Part shown: in pieces, positions 10,910-21,794 of the stretch
How the letters are laid out: every line of letters begins with the position of its first letter
Position numbering within the stretch: position 1 is the first letter of the stretch
From: Chiloscyllium plagiosum
Lineage: Eukaryota
Direction: 5' to 3'
NCBI RefSeq assembly: GCF_004010195.1
Contig: NC_057759.1
Location: forward strand, 7,519,345 to 7,552,456
Length of the DNA stretch: 33,112 nucleotides
The notes under the pieces: generated by a model
What the model saw: the letters and a program-made list of their open reading frames with translations, nothing else
Database searches by the model: none
Told to the model about the DNA's origin: nothing
Made by a program: the position numbers and the translations under genes

Positions 10910-11183
10910 CTGCGATAGTGACGCGCACAGACTGGCTAGGCCTCGATTCTAACCATCTTCCTTTGATGTTGATTCCATATTTACATTGGTATTCGCCGTT
11001 TTGTCGTTCATCGTATGTCCAGAATGTTCCTACATTGGCCTTCTCGACAATTTCACCATGTTTCATTACCTGGCTGTCTTTGTAGTATTCGAATGATTTC
11101 TGATGATCATCTGTAGTCACTGTGCAAGTCATGGTGACCTCCTCTGCTTTCACATACACCCCATTCGGCTGCTCAAGTGATGT
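10910..11183 (-). CDS. C2-type Ig-superfamily domain exon of an LRC/FcR-like (LILR/FCRL/A1BG-type) receptor; 5' end lies in the assembly gap
   Basis: Open frame TSLEQPNGVYVKAEEVTMTCTVTTDDHQKSFEYYKDSQVMKHGEIVEKANVGTFWTYDERQNGEYQCKYGINIKGRWLESRPSQSVRVTIA. Two Cys separated by 46 residues, FxYYKD, GEYQC, SxPSxxVxVT G-strand, phase-1 GCAG|gtgggt donor. The paralog predicts a 294-nt exon starting near 11203. Confidence 0.85.
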
Positions 11184-11683
11184 NNNNNNNNNNNNNNNNN
11201 NNNNNNNNNNNNNNNNNNNNNNNNNNNNNNNNNNNNNNNNNNNNNNNNNNNNNNNNNNNNNNNNNNNNNNNNNNNNNNNNNNNNNNNNNNNNNNNNNNNN
11301 NNNNNNNNNNNNNNNNNNNNNNNNNNNNNNNNNNNNNNNNNNNNNNNNNNNNNNNNNNNNNNNNNNNNNNNNNNNNNNNNNNNNNNNNNNNNNNNNNNNN
11401 NNNNNNNNNNNNNNNNNNNNNNNNNNNNNNNNNNNNNNNNNNNNNNNNNNNNNNNNNNNNNNNNNNNNNNNNNNNNNNNNNNNNNNNNNNNNNNNNNNNN
11501 NNNNNNNNNNNNNNNNNNNNNNNNNNNNNNNNNNNNNNNNNNNNNNNNNNNNNNNNNNNNNNNNNNNNNNNNNNNNNNNNNNNNNNNNNNNNNNNNNNNN
11601 NNNNNNNNNNNNNNNNNNNNNNNNNNNNNNNNNNNNNNNNNNNNNNNNNNNNNNNNNNNNNNNNNNNNNNNNNNNNNNNNNNN
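11184..11683. other. Assembly gap (500 N); other gaps at 21673-21794, 24147-24825 and 31445-31492
   Basis: Runs of N. Confidence 1.
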
Positions 11684-11896
11684 TACAGTAAAGTATTACT
11701 GATTTACAAAACAGGGAAATGTCTACTTTGGGGAAATATTAAACAATATACGTCCTCATTCCGTCTGCTCCACATAAGTGCATATTCGAGACGTAAATCT
11801 ATGCAGTCCACATGTCTAATGTTCTTCAAACAAGAAAATTCTTCAGCTGTCATTAGGATAAATGTTAAGATACCAATCTACTTTTACAACTGGCCA

Positions 11897-11900
<4 letters not shown>

Positions 11901-11954
<54 letters not shown>
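11901..11954. repeat. (AT)27 microsatellite
   Basis: Direct reading. Confidence 0.98.
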
Positions 11955-11957
<3 letters not shown>

Positions 11958-12109
11958 TTATACAATCACTCTATTTTATTTTCTGATAGACATTTTTTTT
12001 CTGTTCATACCTTAGAAGCTGCCAAGTTGAAGATTTATCATTTCTATCTATTTTGAAGTACTTAAGATTTTCTGTCTAGGAATTCGGCCTCTGCTTCTGT
12101 AAGTTTTAG

Positions 12110-14535
12110 AATACTCGTAGACAAACATGAGTGTGGTCCTAAGGCAAGAGTACGAAACTGAGCCAAGGCCAATTATATCAAACTTCGTCACGAGCTGGTA
12201 AATGTGGATTGTGAACAGGTATTTGAAAGGAAGTCCATATTTGATAAGTGGGGAGCTTTCAAAGATCGGTTGAAGATAGTGCAGGATAGGCTTGTTTGCT
12301 TGAAAACAAAGGATAGGAAAAGCAAGGTTCATGAACCGTGAATGAAAGGAGAAATCATGCAATCAACCAAGAGGAAAAGGAAAGCGTACATAAGGTCGAG
12401 TCAACTATGAACAGAACGGGCTTTGGAGGAATTTCGGGAGAGTAGGACCAATATTAAACTAGTAATCAAGAGGGAGAAAGGGGGTAATTAAATAACTTTG
12501 GCGAGCAGAATTAAGACGACTCCAAGGCCTTTTATTCTTATATACGAAGTAAGAGGGTAACTAGAGAAAGAGTTGGTCCCATAAAGGATAGGAAAGGAAG
12601 ATTATGCGTTGAAACTGAGAAAATGGGTGAGATTCTCAATGATTAGTTTGCATCAGTGATCACTGAGGAGAGGGGAATGAGGAATACTGAGATGATAGAT
12701 AGAAGTTGTTTACATTGACATAAGGAGGGCAGATGTGTTGCGTAGGCTAAGGGATATTTTGGTGGGCAAATCCCCAGGACCAAATTGGATTTATCACAGG
12801 TTGCAGAGAGAGGCGAGAGTGAGGAAATAGCTGGGGACCTGAGAGATATCTTTTGTAGCATCCTTAAGAACAGTTGAAGTGCCAGAGGACTGGAGGGTTG
12901 CTAATGTTGTCCCCCTATACAGGAAGGGCAGTAGGGATAGTCCAGGTAACTACAGACCAGTGAGTCTGACGTCAGTGGTGGGAAAGTTGTTGGAGAAGGT
13001 ACTGAGGGATAACATCCATTTCTATTTCGAATGGAATGTGCTTATCAGTGATAGGCAACATGGTTTTGTGCGGGGGCGATCATGTGTAACCAACTTAGTA
13101 GAGTTCTTTGAGTAAGTGACCAAGTTGACAGATGAAGGAAGGGCTGTAGATGTCATATACATGGACTTTAGTAAGACGTTTGTGAAGGTTCCCCTTAGTA
13201 AACTAATGGAGAAAGTGAAGTCACATAGTGTGCAGGGCGTTCTAGCTCGGGGGATCAACAACTGGTTGAGCAACTGGTTGAGATTAGTAGTTGAAGGGAG
13301 TTTCTCGAAATGGAGAAAGGTGACCAGTGGTGTTCCACCGGGATCAGTGCTGAGGCCACTGTTGTTTGTGATATACATAAATGATCTGGAAGAGAGCATT
13401 GTTTGTCTGATCAGTAAGTTTGTATATGATACGAAGATTGGTGGAGTAGCAGAAAGGATAGGGGAATGTCAAAGAATACAGGGGAGTATAGATAGACTGG
13501 AGAGTTGGGCAGAGAATTAACAGATGGAGTTCAATCCAGGCAAATTTGTGGTAATGCATTGGAAGAGAGCATTGTTTGTCTGATCAGTAAGTTTGCTGAT
13601 GTCAAAGAATACAGGGGAGTATAGATAGACTGGAGAGTTGGGCAGAGAATTAACAGATGGAGTTCAATCCAGGCAAATTTGTGGTAATGCATTTTGGGAA
13701 ATCTAATTCTAGAGTGAAAAATACAGTAAACGAAAGAGCCTTATTAAAAGTTAATGAACAGAGAGGTCTGGGAGTTCAAGTCCATTGTGCCCTGCAGTTG
13801 GCTGTGCAGGTGCATAGAGGAGGCACGAAGGCCAATGGTATGCATGCCTTCATCGGACAGGGTATTGACCATAAGAGCCGGTAGGTCTTGTTAATATAGT
13901 GCAAGGCTTTGGTTCGATCGCGTTTCGAACACTGTGCACAGTTCTGGCTGCCACATTACTAAAAGGAAGTGGACACTTTGGAGAGGATGCAGAGAAGACT
14001 TAAGAGGATGTTGCCTAGCATGGAAGGTGCTATCTATGAAAAGAGGTTGAGAAGATTAGGATTAAGTTCAATAGAAAAAAAGAGATGGAGGTGGACCCTG
14101 ATTGAGATCATGAAGTGTATAGATAGGGTGGACAGAGATAAGAGATGGAAATGTGTTGCTGGAAAAGCGCAGCAGGTCAGGTAGCATCTAGGGAACAGGA
14201 GAATCGACGTTTCGGGCATTAGCCCGTCTTCAGGCTAATGCCCGAAACGTCGATTCTCCTGTTCCCTAGATGCTGCCTGACCTGCTGCGCTTTTCCAGCA
14301 ACACATTTCCATCTCTGCTCTCCAGCATCTGCAGACCTCACTTTCTCCTGGACAGAGATAAGCTTTCTTTCCCAGGGTGAGGGATTCAATAACGAGAGGT
14401 CACGTGTTCAAGGTGAGCGGTGAAAGGTTTATGGGGGTACACGCGGAAAGTTCTCTACACAGAGGTTGGTAGGTGCCTGGAACGTGTGGCCAGCACAGTT
14501 AGTAGAGGCAAGCAGGGTAGATTCATTTAAGGTAA
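12110..14535 (+). mobile_element. 5'-truncated CR1 LINE (RT), decayed, with an internal duplication and a nested PLE insertion
   Basis: PEDWRVANVVPLY, GNYRPVSLTSVVGK, QHGF, YMDFSKTF, SGVPPGSVLRPLLFVIYINDL; multiple stops. Confidence 0.95.
14143..14348. mobile_element. Palindromic Penelope terminal-repeat insertion with 14-bp TSD and hammerhead core
   Basis: TSD TGGACAGAGATAAG at 14129-14142 and 14349-14362. 84-bp inverted arms at 14141-14224 and 14233-14316 (1 mismatch). Minus-strand CTGAAGA-CGGGCTAATGCCC-GAAACGTC. Confidence 0.85.
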
Positions 14536-14539
14536 GTCT

Positions 14540-15310
14540 AGAGAAAGATGAGATGATTTCCTTTGGAAGTAGTAACTGGAATACAGCATAGTGGGATAAT
14601 GATGAAATTGTTAGTGTGAATGAACACAGAAATCCCAGTGTCCATGTGCATTTATCCCTGAAATTTGCCACCCAGTCTGAGAGGGTTTCTGGAAGGTGTA
14701 TGGTGTTAGTTTCATTGGTAGGGGGTTTGAATTTCGGAGCCATGAAGTCATGCTGCAGCTGCACAAACAGTGTACAGCTGCACTTGGAGGATTGCATACA
14801 GTTCTGATTGTCGCATTATAGGAATGATGTCGAAGCATTGGAAAGAGTGCAGAGAAGACTTATTGCCTTGTTGACGATGTTGCCTTGTATGGAGGGACAG
14901 TCCTACGAGGAAAGGACTTGAGGCTTTTTTCGTTAGAGAGAAGAAGTTTGAGAGGTGACCTATTAAAGACATACAAGATGATCAGAGGATTAGATTGAGT
15001 GGACAGTGACAGCCTATTTCGTCGATGATAATGGCTAGCACGAGGGGACAAATCTTTACATTAACAGATGATAGATATAGGTCAGATGTCAGATGTAGGG
15101 TCTTTACTCAGAGAGTCCTGAGGTCATGGAACGCCTTGCCTGTAACAGTACTAGAGTCGCTCAACTTAAGGGCATTTAAATGGTCATTGGATAAACATAT
15201 GGATGATAATAGAATAGTATAGGCTTGCTTGGTTCAGATTGGTTTCACATGTCGATGCAGCTTCGAGAGCTGAAGGGCCTGTACTGCGCTGTAAGTTTCT
15301 ATGTTGTATT
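14540..15310 (+). mobile_element. Second CR1 LINE 3' portion
   Basis: HLEDCIQF, RGDLLKTYKMIRG, STRGQ...FTQRVLRSWNALP; gggcctgtactgcgctgtaa...ttctatgtt tail as at 33075-33112. Confidence 0.85.
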
Positions 15311-16032
15311 TCTTGGTGGGATACTCTTTGGAGGATTGGTATGGACTTGTTGGACCAAATGGCCCGTTCCCTCACTGTAGATTTTCTATTATTCACATAA
15401 TCTCAGTACGGTGCCTGACTTTTTTTATTTCACTTAGGCACCCTTGCCTACAAAATTTTGGAAGAATGTGAGATAAATTGAGCTTGATCATTGTCTTAAT
15501 AGCATTATGTTTTGATGTCTTATTTTTCTTCCCACAAGTAAACACTGGGCAGTTTGTTGCATTAATTTACATTTTCATTGTAATTACTCAATTCATTAAC
15601 TCCTTTGTGTTCTGTTAGATGATGCTATGTCCTACTCAATGCATCCAACTACTAAAAATTCAACTGTTTGGTGTCAAAGCTTCTGCGTTACATGAAGGGT
15701 ATATTCATGTCTTGCAATGGAGCTGACTTCTCATTAGAGGTTCAAATGCTAATCGACAATCTGTACAAGGCCATGTTTGCTCACTAAATTGTACTCCTAG
15801 CATTGCATAAATTACTCTATATACATTAAACCAACACGTTTACAAAGCTTAAAGAGAAACTGTATTCCTTTCAGCTTCATGACCCTTTTTCAAGAAGTTC
15901 AAAACAAAAATGAAGTATAGCCCTCTCCCATACTTTCAGTCTCTAGTCCATATCGATTCTCTTCTCTCGTGTTAACAATATTCACTTTTCAAGTTAGACT
16001 TGCAAAATTTAGTCTCTTCCCTGTTGTCTGCT

Positions 16033-17606
16033 TCAAAACCTGTTTAAAAAAGGCCTTCCCATTTTATAAGTACTGTCAAATATGGTGTAACATTAATCAC
16101 TACAAGTTCAATTTACTGCTCGACTAACAATGTTGCAGGCAGTTTTTCGAGGTTGTTCACATTTTCGAAACACACTTCCACGCCACCATCCCCCACTGCG
16201 CGGCTTTTTTGACTTTATACCTGGTTTGCGAAAAGTTAGATTAATTTCTATCGCCTTAAGTCTCATAACAGACTTTATTTACTTTGGATTAAATGGGAAA
16301 TCTCGCAGAATGAAGGTTTTTGCCACTATAGACGAGACCACACAAAATTATAGTATTTAACTCTTTCTCTCATAAGCATTTGAATTGGTCCTGGTGAACC
16401 TGTGGCGATAGCTGTAGAAGTCTAATTTGCTAGCTATATTAGAGTTCGAGCAAAGATGTTATGACCTCCATCTTTTCTAGAGCTGTATGTCCATTTGTGT
16501 CATTAGTTATGCTAGTATTCAGAGAATCGATTTATAATGAGAAGAAAAACAAGACAAAAAATTAACTTGAGTTTTATTTTACCACTAATTTCTTGGATAT
16601 TCCAGAAAAAATACATTTTTTTCAATTCTTGATTTTCAAAGTATGTCCTTACTGTCAATTGCTCGTTTCCTCTTCATCGAAATGAAATTGGTTTCAACAT
16701 TATTTATAAGTGCAATTAGTATGATATACAACATTTTTACAAACAATGTTTCTTTCACTTATTTCTGTCTTCCATCTTGCCTTATAATATTTTAGATGCT
16801 GTGAGCATTTCTGTTGCGTCAAAACCTGTTTAACAAAGGCCTTCCCATTTTATAAGTACTGTCAAATATGGTGTAACATTAATCACTACAAGTTCAATTT
16901 ACTGCTCGACTAACAATGTTGCAGGCAGTTTTTCGAGGTTGTTCACATTTTCAAAACACACTTCCACGCCACCATCCCCCGCTGCGCGGCTTTTTTGACT
17001 TTATACCTGGTTTGCGAAACGTTAGATTAATTTCTATCGCCTTAAGTCTCATAACAGACTTTATTTACTTTGGATTAAATGGGAAATCTCGCAGAATGAA
17101 GGTTTTTGCCACCATAGACGAGGCCACACAAAATTATAGTATTTAACTCTTTCTCTCATAAGCATTTGAATTGGTCCTGGTGAACCTGTGGCGATAGCTG
17201 AAGAAGTCTAATTTGCTAGCTATATTAGAGTTCGAGCAAAGATGTTATGACCTCCATCTTTTCTAGAGCTGTATGTCCATTTATGTCATTAGTTATGCTA
17301 GTATTCAGAGAATCAATTTATAATGAGAAGAAAAACAAGACAAAAAATTAACTTGAGTCTTTATTTTACCACTAATTTCTTGGATATTCCAGAAAAAATA
17401 CATTTTTTTCAAGTTCTTGATTTTCAAACCATGTCCTTACTGTCAATTGCTCGTTTCCTCTTCATCGGAATGAAATTGGTTTCAGCATTATTTATAAGTG
17501 CAATTAGTATGATATACAACATTTTTACAAACAATGTTTCTTTCACTTATTTCTGTCTTCCATCTTGCCTTATAATATATTAGATGCTGTGAGCATTTCT
17601 GTTGCG
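16033..17606. repeat. Tandem duplication of about 786-788 bp (about 98% identical)
   Basis: Units 16033-16818 and 16819-17606. Near-identical ORFs at 16130 and 16916 are 786 apart. About 17 differences by eye. Confidence 0.95.
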
Positions 17607-17801
17607 AATGTATTTTGTGGGAGATAATTTAGACTGCTTCCAGATTTTGAAAGGTCTACTAATTCACTTCCTGACTTCGTTTGTTAAAATTAAGCACATC
17701 AACTGAGATATTCATTTGCGGTGTGAGTAGACTTTAATATCTTTCAGTTGCCACTGTGCTTTGGCTGCGTCTTTGGCTTTAGCTTATTCTGATTCACAAA
17801 T

Positions 17802-17897
17802 AATCCTGATGAAGGGCTTATGCTCAGAACGTCGATTCTCCTGTTCCTTGAATGTTACCTGACATGCAGTGATTTTCCAGCAACACACTCTCAACTC
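17802..17897 (+). mobile_element. Solo Penelope terminal-repeat fragment with degenerate minimal hammerhead
   Basis: AATC-CTGATGA-AGGGCTTATGCTC-AGAAC-GTC-GATT; same family as 14233-14316. Confidence 0.75.
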
Positions 17898-20828
17898 CAA
17901 CACATACTATTTATCAGTAGGTGCTTAAATTATGTCGACTGCCTTGCTTCGTGGTCAGGTCACGGGATTGGGTCTACAGCAACTTAGCTTTATCTACACC
18001 ATTTCACTAAGTTTCAGAATGAATATTTTGTCGAGTGGGACGAATATACATCAGCTGTGTCGCTGGAGCAAAAATACATACTGCTGCAAGTACTGTTCAA
18101 ACATGTTTTATTCTTAAGAAGGCAAATCAATAGGATATATTGCTATAACGTAGTAAAGAAACGTAGCAAAACAAAGAGACCCCTGGACCAGTAGATCCGT
18201 TGATTTAAAATCAAACTAAAAATTAATTGCGTGTCACAGAATCTGAACAAAAGCTTGAAGCTCAGTCCTCTTCCAAACATTTATACCATCACCGTTGGGA
18301 AGCCTTAAAAATACGATTATACTATCAATTTGCTATCTCTTTACACAAAACTAAGTTTACGTATTTTTAATGTTGTACAGTATACGGATGCAAAGCTACA
18401 CAGATCATTCAACATATTCACGCATTCATAAAAAAGGATATATTATGTGAACTCCTAAAGAATTTTATTACCATTTAATACATTTGTGCATGTCTACTTG
18501 CCAATGCTGTCTTGTCCTGCACCTTATTGGTTAATGTTAACCAAGACAGAATTAATTTGGCAATTCATAGAAAATATAAAATCTCAATTCATTTCATTCA
18601 TCATGGTTAACCACGCAGTGCACTTTGGTTGTTGTGTTTTATAATTCCCAAATCTGAATTTATTTGAATTTCCTCTTCTGCCAAATAACACAGGAAAAGT
18701 AATGTTTATGCACGTCAATAAAATCCTGTTAAATTAAACCGAGAATGAAAGTTAGGCACAAATATTGACAGTAATCAAGTGGAAATTCATATTCTTATAC
18801 ATACATATTTGCTTGCAGCATTTCATCAAGATCCCGCACTTACTTACATTTTTTCTCCAAATGTTATATATTTACGATTCCTTGTATTATTTGGCATCGA
18901 GCATATTTCAGCTTGTAGCAACAGATTTTATTTCACCTCAGGAAATGAGCTAACATCATACTCATTGATTAACAACATTTTTACATTTTTCCAGTGCCCT
19001 TCGAATGAGCTTCCTTTTTGGAAAAATGCATACATGAAAAACAAAATGCAAGGATATCACGACTGATTACACAGAATCGATTTTGTTCTTGTTACAATGA
19101 ATCCAAACCGCCATTGGGTACCGATATTGTCAGGAGTGTATGTTTATTTAAAGGCACAGACTAAGTATGCGACAATGTTGTTTTAAGATGTATTTTGTAA
19201 TTGAGTTTACCCTTCTGTTTTCGTATGTTTCCTCTAAGTTTCTGTTCATGAAATATATGATTAAAGATTTTCTCTGCGCATGCATAAAAGGGACATAACT
19301 CATTTTTGTAAAGATCGATTTCGTTAGATCAAATCATTAATACAAAACATACGGAAACTTCAGGAAGAATAAGGTAAATATTTGACAAATAAAAAAATCT
19401 TGGTAGGACTTTGCAATTTGGTCAAAGTGGACTTGAGGCGGATTAACTGAACAATACATTGAAACCTAACAAGGAGATTATAATCTTCATGATTTTGTTC
19501 TTGGCGGTTTTAGACAACACATGTGGAATTCCAGATGGTTGATGAATTTTACGATGGGGTACAGATATATTTGATTTAAGTATTGAAAGTACATTTTATA
19601 ATTTAATTGTTATGGAGCTACGAAACTGCAGGGTATAAGAATCAATAATATTTATATTTCCTAGCTATTATAAATCTGTGCCATTGCTGTCAAGTGGTAA
19701 GCTCTTCTTTCTGTGATTTGAATGTCACTCCACTTGGCATTCAAAAGTTCTACTTTACGAGTGATCAGCTTCAGAATATTTGATCAAATATGTTTTACTT
19801 CATATTTCTATGAAAAGTGAAGCAGTGTATTATTTCTACCAGCTGTGTATTGTTTGGATACTGCTGATATCTGGGAGTGCTCATTGACTGCACTCCCTAA
19901 ACCAGTTTCCTGCTGTTTTAAATATTACTGAGATACAGACCTGCAGTGGAAACGAATGCTATTCGTAGATCACAGAACCATAGCTCGCTCACATGATCAT
20001 AATCAATTTATAGTGCTTTTACTTTAAAAAAAATTCTGAATTCCCACGTTACTGCAAATAGGAAATGGGACTGATGAACTCACAATGTACATCCTGTGAA
20101 ACTGTATGTCAACATATGCATGATGTTCAATATGTGAATTTATCAATACATGGTTCATTGAAATGCTTTTCTTCATGTTTCTCTCAAGACATGAATAATG
20201 CATTTTAATGTAATTTCAACAACTTTTCTTCATGTGAATCATGCTTATTAAACCGGATATGCAAATTCAGCCTTTTCGACCACACTGCTGGTGTTGTTGA
20301 TCAAGTTGCAACTGAATGGCCAATGTGCCTGATGGTCCTTTGTTTTCTCGTTAAAAAAAAAAGAGACTGAATTCGAACAGATGAACCCGAACTTTACATG
20401 CACACGAAGCTTTGTCCTCTGCAGGTAATGCCACAAACGTTTGGAAAGTTCTTCAAATTGCAACAGCAATGATTTTCGGCAACTACACTTAATCGGCTCC
20501 ACACAAACCTAACAGCTCTGCAAGAAAGCAAACAATTATGTGCATTATTATATCCTTGTATTTTGCGTAGAATGAATAGTTAAGCGATTGAATATCATCT
20601 AATAATTTGTAGGGGATAAACAGTGAAGTGGTGAACGATAACTCCTTAGTGTTTCAGAAAGTGTTTTCTATGTATTGGTGAATCATTATCAGCACCAAAT
20701 ATATTTGTTGGATTGTAATTCTCTAGATTGTCTAGCATTCAATACATCTTAACAATCCTTTCACTTGAAGTGTCTCCTGAAACCAACTAAGCAACGGGCA
20801 ACTTTCATTGCAGCGAATCCCTGTGAAT

Positions 20829-21128
20829 CTGGCTCAGTGGTTTACACTGCTGTCTAACAGCACCAGATGTTCCACGTTCGATTCCAGCCTCGGGTGACTG
20901 CTTGTGTGGAGTATGCACATCCCACCCTTGTCAGTGTGGGTGTGCTCCGGTTCCCTCCAAAGTCCAAAGATGTACATATCAGGTGAATTGGCCACGCTCA
21001 ATTGCCCATAGTGTCAGGTACATTAGTTTAAGGGAAATGGGTCTGGGTGCATTGCTCTTCAGAAGGTCGGTGTGGACTTGTTGGGCTGAAGGGCCGGTTT
21101 CCACACTGTAGGAAATCTAATCTAATCA
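20829..21128 (+). mobile_element. HE1-type V-SINE
   Basis: tggctcagtggtt A-box, gttcgattcc B-box, V-domain and atctaatctaatc tail; homologous to 9106-9430. Confidence 0.9.
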
Positions 21129-21794
21129 GAGGAATTTATGCCAAGTTAGCCAGAGGCAGATTTCGTGACTTTTTCCTGAGGTAGTTACAGGGTGCAATCT
21201 AATAGTCCAAGTAGCTTGTTTTAAATGTGACGATCTTCAAAAATATTTTTATTAAAGCATTTCTTTCCAAATTCATTATTTTTCTTCCAGCTCAGTGAGT
21301 TCGACATCAATAAAAATGCTTGAAAATTAGCCGACTGATATGCCAGGGACTTCTTTTTTTCTGCGAATATACCTGAATTTGTGTCGTGTGCTAACTGAAA
21401 GGGTGAGGGGGACAGTTAATACCATCCATTCTTCATGTATGTGTGCATAAGATCAAGATTTGGTTTCAGTGGAGCTGATTAAGTTTAGTCGTCAGAGTTA
21501 AAGCTTAACAATGTTCAAGTAACTGAATGTGATTGCAACACATGAAATGTAAACGATTCCTTCCTTTTTTAAAATCATAGAAACCAGGGTAAGAGTCACT
21601 CTTTCGAACGTTCCTCTTTGTGAACTCAAGTCCTCTTGAGATTTAATCCAAAAAAGCTTGTCTTTCTAATTGNNNNNNNNNNNNNNNNNNNNNNNNNNNN
21701 NNNNNNNNNNNNNNNNNNNNNNNNNNNNNNNNNNNNNNNNNNNNNNNNNNNNNNNNNNNNNNNNNNNNNNNNNNNNNNNNNNNNNNNNNNNNNN

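Noticed and set aside
11122..11986. Long poly-X ORFs (also 21626-21913, 23811-25050 and 31397-31633)
   Set aside because: Artefacts of translating through N gaps.
18010..18117. Plus-strand LCRWSKNTYCCKYC, resembling a defensin C-terminus
   Set aside because: The first three cysteines are not in frame and no leader exon was found.
20398..20490. Plus-strand CTRSFVLCR*CHKRLESSSNC, partial defensin-like spacing
   Set aside because: Internal stop, no terminal CC and no acceptor; TGCA palindromes inflate Cys codons on both strands.
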